A stretch of 64,000 bases of DNA, taken from assembly GCA_963664815.2 (NCBI GenBank), contig CAXXHB010000003.1, positions 96,001 to 160,000 on the forward strand, given 5' to 3'. Both the position numbers and the translations under genes were made by a program. This document shows positions 50,360 to 59,072 of this stretch, piece by piece. This DNA comes from Spirochaetota bacterium. Its GTDB lineage: Bacteria; Spirochaetota; UBA4802; UBA5550. The notes under the pieces were generated by a model. That model was not told where the DNA came from, did not search any database, and saw nothing but the letters and a program-made list of their open reading frames with translations. Numbering within the stretch: the first letter of the stretch is position 1; each line of letters opens with the position of its first letter.

Positions 50360-50797
50360 CAGATGTCCGGAAGTTTATTTTAATTCTTTTATAACAATTT
50401 TGTATTATATATAAAAGATTTTTCAAGGAATTATTATTTATATAAGATTTTTTAATTCTATACGTTATTCTTGTTATGACTGTTTAATGTTATAGTAATG
50501 GTTATGATAATTTTGTGAGAGCAGTTTACAGATTTACAAAGAAGCTGATAAAATATATATGACTGTTAAAATCTCTTCTTGCAGGAATTTCATTTAGGAG
50601 GAGAGGAGCAGTTTCAAAATGGGTCTGATAATTATCTTTTAAAAGTGTTTGGTTAAATAAAGCTGAATTCAACTTATAGCTTTACATATTAACTTATAAA
50701 TTAAATTGGATAAAATCGGATAAGAGTTAATTTTAAGTTTTAAAAAATTCAGAATAGTAAATCAGAAAAAGATATTTTCAGGAAGTGACAGGCTTTT

Positions 50798-53671
50798 ATG
50801 GTCAGGAAAAGTTTTAAGGATAAAACAGAAATAGAAAAAAAGGTAAAAACAGGTCAAAAGACCGGGGGAAAAATGGATAAATCTGTCGGCGGGGAGGACA
50901 TTCTTCAGATAAAGATAAAAAAAGAAATTGTAAGTGATAATAAAGTAAAAGAAGAAAAATTGAAAAAAGATCTTACTTCAGTTAACATGCTTGATCTGTT
51001 CTGTCTGCACAATAGCAAAGGGAAATATATTTATGTATCTCCACTGGTCAAAGAATTCCTTGGCTACGAATCTGCTGAACTTGTTGGAAAGTCACCACTT
51101 GAGTTTATTCATCCGGAAGATATAAAAAATTTTAAGGAGAACTCATATTATCCTCCTGCAGGTGGTAGTGGTGAAAACCGAATTCAATATAGAATACGTA
51201 AATCTGACGGGTCATATATCTGGGTAGAAACGCTTATAAAGCCTGTAAAGGATGCCGGAGGGAAGATATTTCAGCTTCAGACTTCATCAAGAGATATTTC
51301 TGAAAGGAAAATATCTGAAGATAAGATTATTGAAAGTGAATTGATGTACAGGACTCATTATAAATATCTCCCATTGCCGGCATATACATGGATAAAATCC
51401 GGTGATGAATTTATTTTTACAGGTTTTAATGACGCTGCACTGAATATCTCAAAAGGAAAATTATCATCTTATCTGGGAAAAACTGCGTCAGAAGTTTTTA
51501 ACAAAGAACCACATGTCCTGGAAAAAGTCAAACGTTGTTACGATGAAAAAAACATGATAACAGATGAAGAGTCATATTCTTCAGATAAAGGAGGTAAGAA
51601 AAAATATTATATAAGCAGTTATATTTTTATACCCCCCTCAATGGTTGTGATACATACAGATGATATAACTGAAAAAAAAATGTGGGAAGAGGAAATTCGA
51701 AATCTTGCGAAATTTCCGGAAGACAATCCAAATCCGGTTTTCAGGGTGACAGCAGATAATGTGATTATTTATTCAAATACAGCAAGCAGGTGGCTTATGG
51801 ATAACTGGGAATGTGATGCAGCAGGTAAAGTCCCGATGTTTGTTGCCAATGCTGTGGAATCAGTTTTAAAACTTGATCAGACGCTGACAATGGAAATTTC
51901 TCTTAACGGAAGAGTTTTTAATTTCACGGTATCGCCGGTTTCAGAAGTGAACGAGGTTTACTTCTATGGGCTTGATATTACAGATAAAAAAATGGCAGAA
52001 GAGGAGCTTCTTCTTATAGGGCGTGTATTTGAAACTACAACTGAAGGAATTGTTGTAACTGATGCGCAGAATAATATAATAAGAGTAAATCCTGCATTCA
52101 CAGATATTACAGGATATTCCGTGAGTGAAGTAATCGGCAAAAATCCGAAAATACTTAAATCGGAGAGGCATGATAGTTCTTTTTATAATACTATGTGGAG
52201 TTCTTTAGCAGATAAAGGAGTGTGGGAGGGGGAGATATGGAACAGAAGGAAAAGCGGAGAGACTTATCCCGAATGGCTTTCAATCAATGTAATAAAAGAT
52301 GAACTTAACAGGGTAAAGAATTATGTGTCGGTTTTCAGGGATATCTCTGATATAAAAAGTACAGAGGAAAAAATTGAATACCAGGCATATCATGATCCTC
52401 TTACCGGTCTTCCTAACAGGTCACTGTTTTCAGACCGTTTATCTCTTGCATTAAACCAGGCGATGAGAAACCACAATCAGATGGCGCTTCTCTATATCGA
52501 CCTTGACAGGTTTAAAATTATAAATGACAGCCTGGGACATATAACAGGTGATTATCTCCTTCAGCACGTTGCACAGAGACTCAATGAATGTGTCAGGGAT
52601 GGAGATACTGTCGCGCGGGTAGGGGGCGACGAGTTTGTAATAATACTTCCTTACATTGACGAGATAAATGAAGTGGTGAGGGTCTGCGGACGTATAAATG
52701 AAAAGTTTGAAAAACCGGTAAAAATTGATGAGCATGAACTGTTTATCTCGGCAAGCATAGGAATCAGTATATATCCTGATGATGGTGAAACGGTTGCAGA
52801 GCTGCATAAAAATGCTGATATGGCGATGTATCATGCCAAGTCGCTTGGTGGTGGTGAGTACCAGTTTTTCTCGATAGAGATGAATAGTGAAGTTGATGTA
52901 CGTCTCATGCTTGAGATGCAGCTCAGGAAAGCAATTGAACAGGATCAGTTCGAAATGTTCTTTCAGCCGATTGTTGACAGCAGAACCGGCCTTGCAGCAG
53001 GTGCTGAGGTTCTATCCAGATGGATTCATCCGGATCTTGGTATAATCCCCCCTTCAACCTTTATACCGGTTGCCGAAGAAACCGGGTTTATTGTACAGAT
53101 AAATGATCTGATATTGAAAAAATCATGTATCAAATGCAGGGAGATGATAGATGCGGGATATTCTTCGATGTATTTATCGGTAAATATAACATCACACCAG
53201 TTTATAAACCGGAGGATACTGGAATCGGTATCTTCAGCGCTTGAGGAATCAAAGATCCCTCCGGAAAATCTGATTATTGAAATAACAGAAGACAGTATCA
53301 TGCAGAATGTCCAGGATATAAATACAATAATGAAGGAACTGCGGGTAAAGGGTATAAGATTTTCCATAGATGATTTTGGTACAGGTTATTCATCTCTCAG
53401 TTATTTAAAAAAATTTCCTCTTGATAATCTGAAGATAGACCGTTCTTTTATAAATGATATTCCGGATGACAATGACAGTAAAATTCTTGCGAAGACAATA
53501 ATAGTGATGGCAAAAGAACTTGGATTAAAGGTTGTTGTGGAAGGTGTTGAGAGGAAGGAACAGCTCGATTTTTTTACTCAGAATGGGGAATACCTTATAC
53601 AGGGTTTTTATTACAGCAGACCTTTAAGATTTAAAGAATGGCTGGAGTTTCTGGGAAACTCCCGGAAATAA
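50798..53671 (+). CDS. Multi-PAS GGDEF-EAL diguanylate cyclase/phosphodiesterase
   Basis: Several PAS/PAC repeats; HDPLTGLPNR, DLDRFK, RVGGDEF; FQP, EVLSRW, EITE, DDFGTGYSS, KIDRSF, VEGVE. Confidence 0.95.
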   Translation: MVRKSFKDKTEIEKKVKTGQKTGGKMDKSVGGEDILQIKIKKEIVSDNKVKEEKLKKDLTSVNMLDLFCLHNSKGKYIYVSPLVKEFLGYESAELVGKSPLEFIHPEDIKNFKENSYYPPAGGSGENRIQYRIRKSDGSYIWVETLIKPVKDAGGKIFQLQTSSRDISERKISEDKIIESELMYRTHYKYLPLPAYTWIKSGDEFIFTGFNDAALNISKGKLSSYLGKTASEVFNKEPHVLEKVKRCYDEKNMITDEESYSSDKGGKKKYYISSYIFIPPSMVVIHTDDITEKKMWEEEIRNLAKFPEDNPNPVFRVTADNVIIYSNTASRWLMDNWECDAAGKVPMFVANAVESVLKLDQTLTMEISLNGRVFNFTVSPVSEVNEVYFYGLDITDKKMAEEELLLIGRVFETTTEGIVVTDAQNNIIRVNPAFTDITGYSVSEVIGKNPKILKSERHDSSFYNTMWSSLADKGVWEGEIWNRRKSGETYPEWLSINVIKDELNRVKNYVSVFRDISDIKSTEEKIEYQAYHDPLTGLPNRSLFSDRLSLALNQAMRNHNQMALLYIDLDRFKIINDSLGHITGDYLLQHVAQRLNECVRDGDTVARVGGDEFVIILPYIDEINEVVRVCGRINEKFEKPVKIDEHELFISASIGISIYPDDGETVAELHKNADMAMYHAKSLGGGEYQFFSIEMNSEVDVRLMLEMQLRKAIEQDQFEMFFQPIVDSRTGLAAGAEVLSRWIHPDLGIIPPSTFIPVAEETGFIVQINDLILKKSCIKCREMIDAGYSSMYLSVNITSHQFINRRILESVSSALEESKIPPENLIIEITEDSIMQNVQDINTIMKELRVKGIRFSIDDFGTGYSSLSYLKKFPLDNLKIDRSFINDIPDDNDSKILAKTIIVMAKELGLKVVVEGVERKEQLDFFTQNGEYLIQGFYYSRPLRFKEWLEFLGNSRK

Positions 53672-53743
53672 ACTCAATTCAGGAAAGATGTAAAAATCAG
53701 TTGTTTTTTTATTTGAGAAAAGTAATATTTCCACGGTGATTAT

Positions 53744-54277
53744 ATGAAAAACTTTGTTATAATACTTATACTGATAACTGGATGTTCGACTAATAAAATT
53801 ATTCATGAAATTCCTCTTAAACCAGTTATTGAGCATGAAATAAAAATTTCCGGTTTCTGGCTGGATGAAGAGACCGGTACTGTACATAAAATTATTATTG
53901 AAAATGGAAAGGAAAAAGTAGTCTCAGTCATAAAATATAAAGATGGAAAATCTCTCGAAGTAATGAAAATTATAAGTTCACAGAACACAGATGGAAAGCT
54001 TCACTGGATATATTTTGTCCCTTCAACAAAATATATTGTCGAACTTACAACTTCGGAGATCAGTGATAATAAAGTAAATGTGGAATGGAAAAACAGAAGC
54101 GGAGAAGATGAGGAGGAGTCCGGGAGTGAAATTCTCTTCAGGTGCAGTGAAATTGGCATTTCTTCAGATAAAATGCAGGGAAAAATAACTGATACAAAAC
54201 ATCATGACAGATCAGTTAAAAAAGAAAAAGATGTTGATGAATATATTAATGAATCGGATCTTTCTGATTATTTATAA
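53744..54277 (+). CDS. Hypothetical lipoprotein
   Basis: Lipobox LITGC; ISGFW motif followed by a beta-rich body. Confidence 0.75.
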   Translation: MKNFVIILILITGCSTNKIIHEIPLKPVIEHEIKISGFWLDEETGTVHKIIIENGKEKVVSVIKYKDGKSLEVMKIISSQNTDGKLHWIYFVPSTKYIVELTTSEISDNKVNVEWKNRSGEDEEESGSEILFRCSEIGISSDKMQGKITDTKHHDRSVKKEKDVDEYINESDLSDYL

Positions 54278-54521
54278 TTCTCAATTGGAATTCTCGTTTA
54301 GCCTCTTGAATTGCTTCTTGCAGCAGATCATGGTTAAATCTGATAAGAATCTATTTCCAATTATAAAACGGGTGTGGTGATTATTTACAAATACATTCAA
54401 TATTGATATAACTGATTTCCTGCATTAATCTGCTGCTTTTAATAAAAATTTTAATTACAGCATAAGATGCGGTGTTTTATCATCTTTTCTGCGATCTTTT
54501 CCATATAAATTATAATTTGGT

Positions 54522-54549
54522 TTGACATAGCCATACTCTGTTTTAAAAT
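54522..54549 (+). promoter_or_regulatory. Putative sigma70 promoter of the HU gene
   Basis: TTGACA (54522-54527), 16-nt spacer, TAAAAT (54544-54549). Confidence 0.55.
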
Positions 54550-54644
54550 TAATGAATGAAGAGTTCCATCTGCACTTATATAAAAGCTGACAGGTGAGAC
54601 ATTCACTGGAATACAATCAATCTGAAAAAGGGAAAGGAACTAAT

Positions 54645-55061
54645 ATGGCAAAAGCATCAACTCCCAAAGCGGCGCCGAAGGCTGCTGCAAAACCTGCTAC
54701 GAAAGCCGCAGCAGCTCCGAAAGACAAGAAGGTAGCTCTTCCGGAAAGCTTTACATTAAATTCAATGTCAAATTATCTTGCAGAGTCAAAGGGACTCTCA
54801 AAAAAGGAAGCGAAAGAGATTCTTGATGCGGTAATGGATCTTATCGAAGCAGGCGTCCTTCAGGGTGAGAGAGTTCCTCTTGGAAAAATAGGCAAGGTTT
54901 ATGCCAAGATAAAACCAGCAACAAAAGCAAGAAAAGGGAGAAATCCGATCACTGGAGAAGAAATTACAATCGCTGCAAAAAAAGCTACAAAAGTTCCCAA
55001 GTTTACTTTCAGCAAGGGATTTAAAGAAGAAGTGTTAAAAGCAAAAATAAAACAGAAATAG
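54645..55061 (+). CDS. hup: HU/IHF family DNA-binding protein with Ala/Lys/Pro-rich N-terminal tail
   Basis: GLSKKEAK...ARKGRNPITGEEITIAAK..VPKF; start reassigned to ATG 54645 after AAGGA. Confidence 0.9.
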   Translation: MAKASTPKAAPKAAAKPATKAAAAPKDKKVALPESFTLNSMSNYLAESKGLSKKEAKEILDAVMDLIEAGVLQGERVPLGKIGKVYAKIKPATKARKGRNPITGEEITIAAKKATKVPKFTFSKGFKEEVLKAKIKQK

Positions 55062-55064
55062 AAC

Positions 55065-55089
55065 AAAGCCCGCCGCAAGGCGGGTTTTT
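55065..55089 (+). terminator. Intrinsic terminator after HU
   Basis: AAAGCCCGCC-GCAA-GGCGGGTTTTT. Confidence 0.9.
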
Positions 55090-55442
55090 AATTCATTTGT
55101 AATAATAAAGAACCTTTCCATATATAATAAAATATGGTACGATAAACTATGAAAAATAAATGCTTCAGAATGCTTTTAGTAGAAGTATTAAATGCCAGAA
55201 AATGGTATGATTAATTCAGGGGCCGGTATTGGCAAGTCCATTTCAGGCGCAATTTTCAGATGTTTCATCCTTAAATACACAATTTTTGATATTAATTCTG
55301 ATTATTGCTATGATGTGGTTATTACATCTTGACATATAACATCTGAAAATGTAGATTTTTTATGTGAAGACTGTTGCACGTCGGGTTTGTTGTATCTTTT
55401 AAGGGGATTGATTTTAATTAGCTATATTTATAGAAAATAATC

Positions 55443-55470
55443 TTGACATAAAATAGCCTGTTTCTATCAT
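55443..55470 (+). promoter_or_regulatory. Putative sigma70 promoter of tRNA-Thr
   Basis: TTGACA (55443-55448), 16-nt spacer, TATCAT (55465-55470). Confidence 0.6.
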
Positions 55471-55507
55471 TTCATCCTGTTTTTTCCTGAAAAATTATCA
55501 AAAATTT

Positions 55508-55580
55508 GCCCACGTAGCTCAGTCGGTAGAGCATTTGCATGGTAAGCAAAAGGTCACCAGTTCGATTCTGGTCGTGGGCT
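55508..55580 (+). tRNA. tRNA-Thr(GGT), CCA not encoded
   Basis: Cloverleaf: GCCCACG/CGTGGGC acceptor stem, GCTC/GAGC D-stem, TTTGC/GCAAA anticodon stem with loop ATGGTAA, ACCAG-TTCGATT-CTGGT T-arm. Confidence 0.97.
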
Positions 55581-55696
55581 ATTCCAATGCAGTCTTTTTA
55601 TTCCTTTTCAAAGGAAAAGCATTAAAAATGCTTGACTGAAAGAGGGCAGATATTAGTTTGCTCTTGGTTTACTATATATAAGTGTGGGGTATTTAT

Positions 55697-55849
55697 ATGC
55701 GAGACGTGGTATTGCTGACCTGTCAGGAATGTAAAAGGAAAAACTATTCATTTACAAAAAACAAAAAAACACAAACAGGCAAGCTTGAGATAAAAAAATA
55801 TTGTAAATTTGACAAAAAACATACTGTTCACAAAGAATCTAAGGCTTAA
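55697..55849 (+). CDS. rpmG: 50S ribosomal protein L33 (not in ORF track)
   Basis: MRDVVLLTCQECKRKNYSFTKNKKTQTGKLEIKKYCKFDKKHTVHKESKA; lies directly before secE. Confidence 0.97.
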   Translation: MRDVVLLTCQECKRKNYSFTKNKKTQTGKLEIKKYCKFDKKHTVHKESKA

Positions 55850-55861
55850 GAGTTACCCCAA

Positions 55862-56056
55862 TTGATATCTAAAATAAAACAATTAATCAGCTTTTGTAAG
55901 GATTCCCGGGAAGAGTTGAAAAAAGTCACCTGGCCTGACAGAGAAGAGGTTACAAGTTTTACGGTTGTCGTGGTTATTGCCTTGATTATATTTTCGATTT
56001 TTTTATGGTTCGTCGACACCGGGCTTATGGCTTTGATTAAGGTCGTGATGAAATAG
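55862..56056 (+). CDS. secE: Preprotein translocase subunit SecE
   Basis: ELKKVTWPDREE motif plus one TM; TTG start. Confidence 0.95.
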   Translation: MISKIKQLISFCKDSREELKKVTWPDREEVTSFTVVVVIALIIFSIFLWFVDTGLMALIKVVMK

Positions 56057-56058
56057 TT

Positions 56059-56604
56059 ATGGCAAAAAGATGGTATATAATTCATACTTATTCAGGGCAC
56101 GAAAACAAGGTTAAAGCTGCGCTTGAAATAAAAGTAAAAAATCTGGGTCTTGAAGAAGAGATCAGTGATGTCAAGATTCCTACTGTTGAGGTTCTTGAAG
56201 TTAAAGACGGCAAAAAGAAGGTAAAGTCTAAAAAAGTTTTTCCCGGTTATGTTCTTGTAAGAATGGAACTTAATGATAATACATGGAGTGTTGTCAAGGG
56301 GGTTCCGGGAGTGACAAATTTTGTCGGTGCATTTGGTACTAATAAACCGAAACCTTTGAGTGATAGTGAAGTTGCTTCATTGTTTGATTCACTGAGCGGA
56401 GAGCAGAAGACAGGTGAAAAGACGTCAATTACAGTTGATTTTTCAATTGGCGAGCATGTAAAAGTTATAGATGGTCCTTTTAATAATTTTACAGGTGTAG
56501 TAGAAGAAGTATATCCTGAGAAGGGACGGCTAAAAGTTAAGGTTGAAATTTTCGGCAGGGGAACTCCGGTTGATCTTGATTTTCTCCAGGTTGGAAAGAT
56601 ATAA
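56059..56604 (+). CDS. nusG: Transcription termination/antitermination factor NusG
   Basis: WYIIHTYSGHE, FPGYVLV, KOW (VKVIDGPF), IFGR.TPV. Confidence 0.98.
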   Translation: MAKRWYIIHTYSGHENKVKAALEIKVKNLGLEEEISDVKIPTVEVLEVKDGKKKVKSKKVFPGYVLVRMELNDNTWSVVKGVPGVTNFVGAFGTNKPKPLSDSEVASLFDSLSGEQKTGEKTSITVDFSIGEHVKVIDGPFNNFTGVVEEVYPEKGRLKVKVEIFGRGTPVDLDFLQVGKI

Positions 56605-56644
56605 ATACGTAATATAAACTGAATGATCGTAATAGGATAAAAAA

Positions 56645-57085
56645 ATGGCACCAAAACCTAAAAAGAAGAAGATAGTTAAACTTATTAAACTGCAGATAAC
56701 AGGCGGCCAGGCTAATCCGGCTCCTCCGGTTGGACCTGCTCTTGGTCAGGCTGGCGTTAATATAATGGATTTCTGCAAAAACTTTAACGAACGTACAAAA
56801 GACCAGATGGGTACAATTATACCTGTTGTAATTACTGTTTATGAAGATAAATCGTATACATTTATTACAAAGACTCCTCCCGCTTCTGTTCTTGTCAGAA
56901 AAGCTCTGGGTTTAGCTAAAGGTTCAAGTGAGCCTAATAAAACCAAGGTTGGAAAGATTACAAGAAAGCAGCTTGAAGAAATCGCAAAGATAAAAATGCC
57001 TGATTTGAATGCTAATGATATAAAAGCTGGCGCGAATATTATTGCTGGAACTGCAAGATCAATGGGAATTGATGTTGTTGACTGA
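56645..57085 (+). CDS. rplK: 50S ribosomal protein L11
   Basis: [30 protein letters not shown]. Confidence 0.99.
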   Translation: MAPKPKKKKIVKLIKLQITGGQANPAPPVGPALGQAGVNIMDFCKNFNERTKDQMGTIIPVVITVYEDKSYTFITKTPPASVLVRKALGLAKGSSEPNKTKVGKITRKQLEEIAKIKMPDLNANDIKAGANIIAGTARSMGIDVVD

Positions 57086-57117
57086 CAAAGTCGGCAAAGT
57101 GAAAAGAGGTTAATGAG

Positions 57118-57801
57118 ATGAAAAGAGGAAAAACAATAACCGCCGCAAGGAGTAAGGTTGATAAAACTAACCTTTATGGCCTTGAAGAGGCTGTAAAGCT
57201 TATGAAAGAGCTTAAATGGGCGAAGTTTGACGAATCGATTGATATGTCAATAAAGATTGTTCATAAAAGTATGCAGAATATAAGGGGTTCGGCAATCCTG
57301 CCAGCCGGCACAGGAAAAACAAAAAAAGTTCTTGTTATCTGTAAAGGAGATAAACAAAAGGAAGCTCTGGATGCAGGAGCTGATTTTGTCGGAGCTGAAG
57401 ATGTAATAGAAAAAATCAAAGAGGGCTGGATTGATTTTCAGGCTGTTGTGGCGACTCCCGATATGATGAAAGAGGTTGGTAAACTCGGAGCAGTACTAGG
57501 ACGTAAAGGTCTTATGCCTAAACCCAAATCAGGCACTGTAACTGATAATGTAAAAGAGATAATTAAAGAGCTCAAGGGCGGGCGAATAGAATATCGTGCT
57601 GATAAAACAGGTGTAGTTCACCTGCTGATTGGCAGAGTTTCTTTTGCTGATGAATCCATCATCGATAACATTAAATCTTTTTATGTTCAGCTTATGAAGG
57701 ATAAACCATCTGATGCTAAAGGTAATTATATCAAGTCAGTACATATCAGTTCGACAATGGGGCCTGGTATAAAAATTAATCATAAGGGGATAGAGCGATA
57801 A
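57118..57801 (+). CDS. rplA: 50S ribosomal protein L1
   Basis: [34 protein letters not shown]. Confidence 0.99.
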   Translation: MKRGKTITAARSKVDKTNLYGLEEAVKLMKELKWAKFDESIDMSIKIVHKSMQNIRGSAILPAGTGKTKKVLVICKGDKQKEALDAGADFVGAEDVIEKIKEGWIDFQAVVATPDMMKEVGKLGAVLGRKGLMPKPKSGTVTDNVKEIIKELKGGRIEYRADKTGVVHLLIGRVSFADESIIDNIKSFYVQLMKDKPSDAKGNYIKSVHISSTMGPGIKINHKGIER

Positions 57802-58319
57802 TGGTTAAGCAATATAAAGTTGACGAAGTAAGCGAACTTATAGCAAGATTAAAAGAAAGGAATAATTTTATTCTTACAGATTATTCCGGAGTTAAAGTTA
57901 ATGATATAGCTATCCTCAGAAGGCAGCTCGCTGAGAAAAATGCTCAGTATAAAGTAGTAAAAAATAATCTTTTCAGAAAAGCACTTCAGGAGACAGGTTA
58001 TAGCAACATAGATGAGCATCTTAAAGGGCCAATCGGTGTTGCCTTTGCAGGGGAACAGGTTGGAGAAGTTGCAAAAGTTCTAAAAGAGTTTGCTGAAAAA
58101 AATGAAAAGTTTTCATATGTTGCAGGAGTTCTTGAAAATGTAGTTTACGGAAAAGAACAAATTAAAAAAATAGCTGATCTTCCATCAAAAGAAGTTCTTC
58201 TTTCTCAGACAATGTCTATGATCAATGCTCCTGCAAGATATATAGCAACGGGTATGAATCAGGTTATGGCATCTCTTGCAAGAGGTATAAAGGCTGTTGC
58301 TGAAGCGAAAAGTAATTAA
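57801..58319 (+). CDS. rplJ: 50S ribosomal protein L10
   Basis: DYSG, LRR, YKVVKNNL, LKGP, LPSKEVL; TAATG overlap with rplA. Confidence 0.98.
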   Translation: MVKQYKVDEVSELIARLKERNNFILTDYSGVKVNDIAILRRQLAEKNAQYKVVKNNLFRKALQETGYSNIDEHLKGPIGVAFAGEQVGEVAKVLKEFAEKNEKFSYVAGVLENVVYGKEQIKKIADLPSKEVLLSQTMSMINAPARYIATGMNQVMASLARGIKAVAEAKSN

Positions 58320-58470
58320 CTTTCGTTAATTATAATATATAAGGTGTTTAGGTTTCTGTTCCAGATATTACGTTTAGGCGTTTCCGGATCAATGCCTGAC
58401 CCCTTTATAGGTTTTACGGCTGAAGTCCGTATTAACTTGAAGTAATTCACTAAGTATAAAGGAGTAGAAT

Positions 58471-58845
58471 ATGGCAAAATTAACAATCGAAGAATTGTTG
58501 GATGCAATTGGCAGTCTTACATTAGTTGAGGCCGCTGAGCTTGTAAAAGCAATGGAAGACAAATTTGGTATCTCTGCTGCAGCTCCTGTAGCTGTTGCTG
58601 CTGGTCCTGCTGCAGTTGAGGCTGTCGAGGAGCAGACTGAATTTGATGTAATTCTGACAGGATTTGGCGATGCCAAAGTTGGAGTTATAAAAGAAGTAAG
58701 AGCAATTACAGGTTTAGGCCTGAAAGAAGCGAAAGAGCTTGTTGAAGCTGGCGGAAAAACAGTAAAAGAAAAAGTTTCTAAAGCTGAAGCTGAAGCTATC
58801 AAGAAACAACTTGTTGATGCCGGCGCAACTGTTGATATCAAATAA
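58471..58845 (+). CDS. rplL: 50S ribosomal protein L7/L12
   Basis: [37 protein letters not shown]; AAGGAG RBS. Confidence 0.99.
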   Translation: MAKLTIEELLDAIGSLTLVEAAELVKAMEDKFGISAAAPVAVAAGPAAVEAVEEQTEFDVILTGFGDAKVGVIKEVRAITGLGLKEAKELVEAGGKTVKEKVSKAEAEAIKKQLVDAGATVDIK

Positions 58846-58904
58846 TTTATTTTAATAGGTTATATTGAATTACAGTAATTTTTTCTTCAGTTTGAATTTA
58901 ATTT

Positions 58905-58940
58905 TTGATAGGTTTGATCTATTGTGGTCAAACCTATCGA
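58905..58940 (+). terminator. Strong stem-loop between rplL and rpoB (attenuator or processing site)
   Basis: TTGATAGGTTTGATC-TATTGT-GGTCAAACCTATCGA, 15 bp with G-U pairs; weak U-tract. Confidence 0.6.
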
Positions 58941-59072
58941 TGTTAAAAAACTTGTTTTATACTCTTGATTCTGGTAATATATGTTTAATATAATTTTACT
59001 GGTTCCACGTTTATTTCATTTTCAAGAAATGTTATTATCCTTAAATAAAAATAAAGGTTAAGGTTTATATAG

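Noticed and set aside
55090-55507. Possible integrated element or att site beside tRNA-Thr, and a 21-codon ORF at 55149
   Set aside because: No integrase, no duplicated tRNA 3' end in the window, and no RBS or motif for the ORF.
34005-55660. Apparent preference for 16-nt promoter spacers (34005, 38123, 54522, 55443, 55632)
   Set aside because: Other TTGAC sites fit 17-18 nt, and -10 calls in AT-rich DNA are ambiguous without TSS data.
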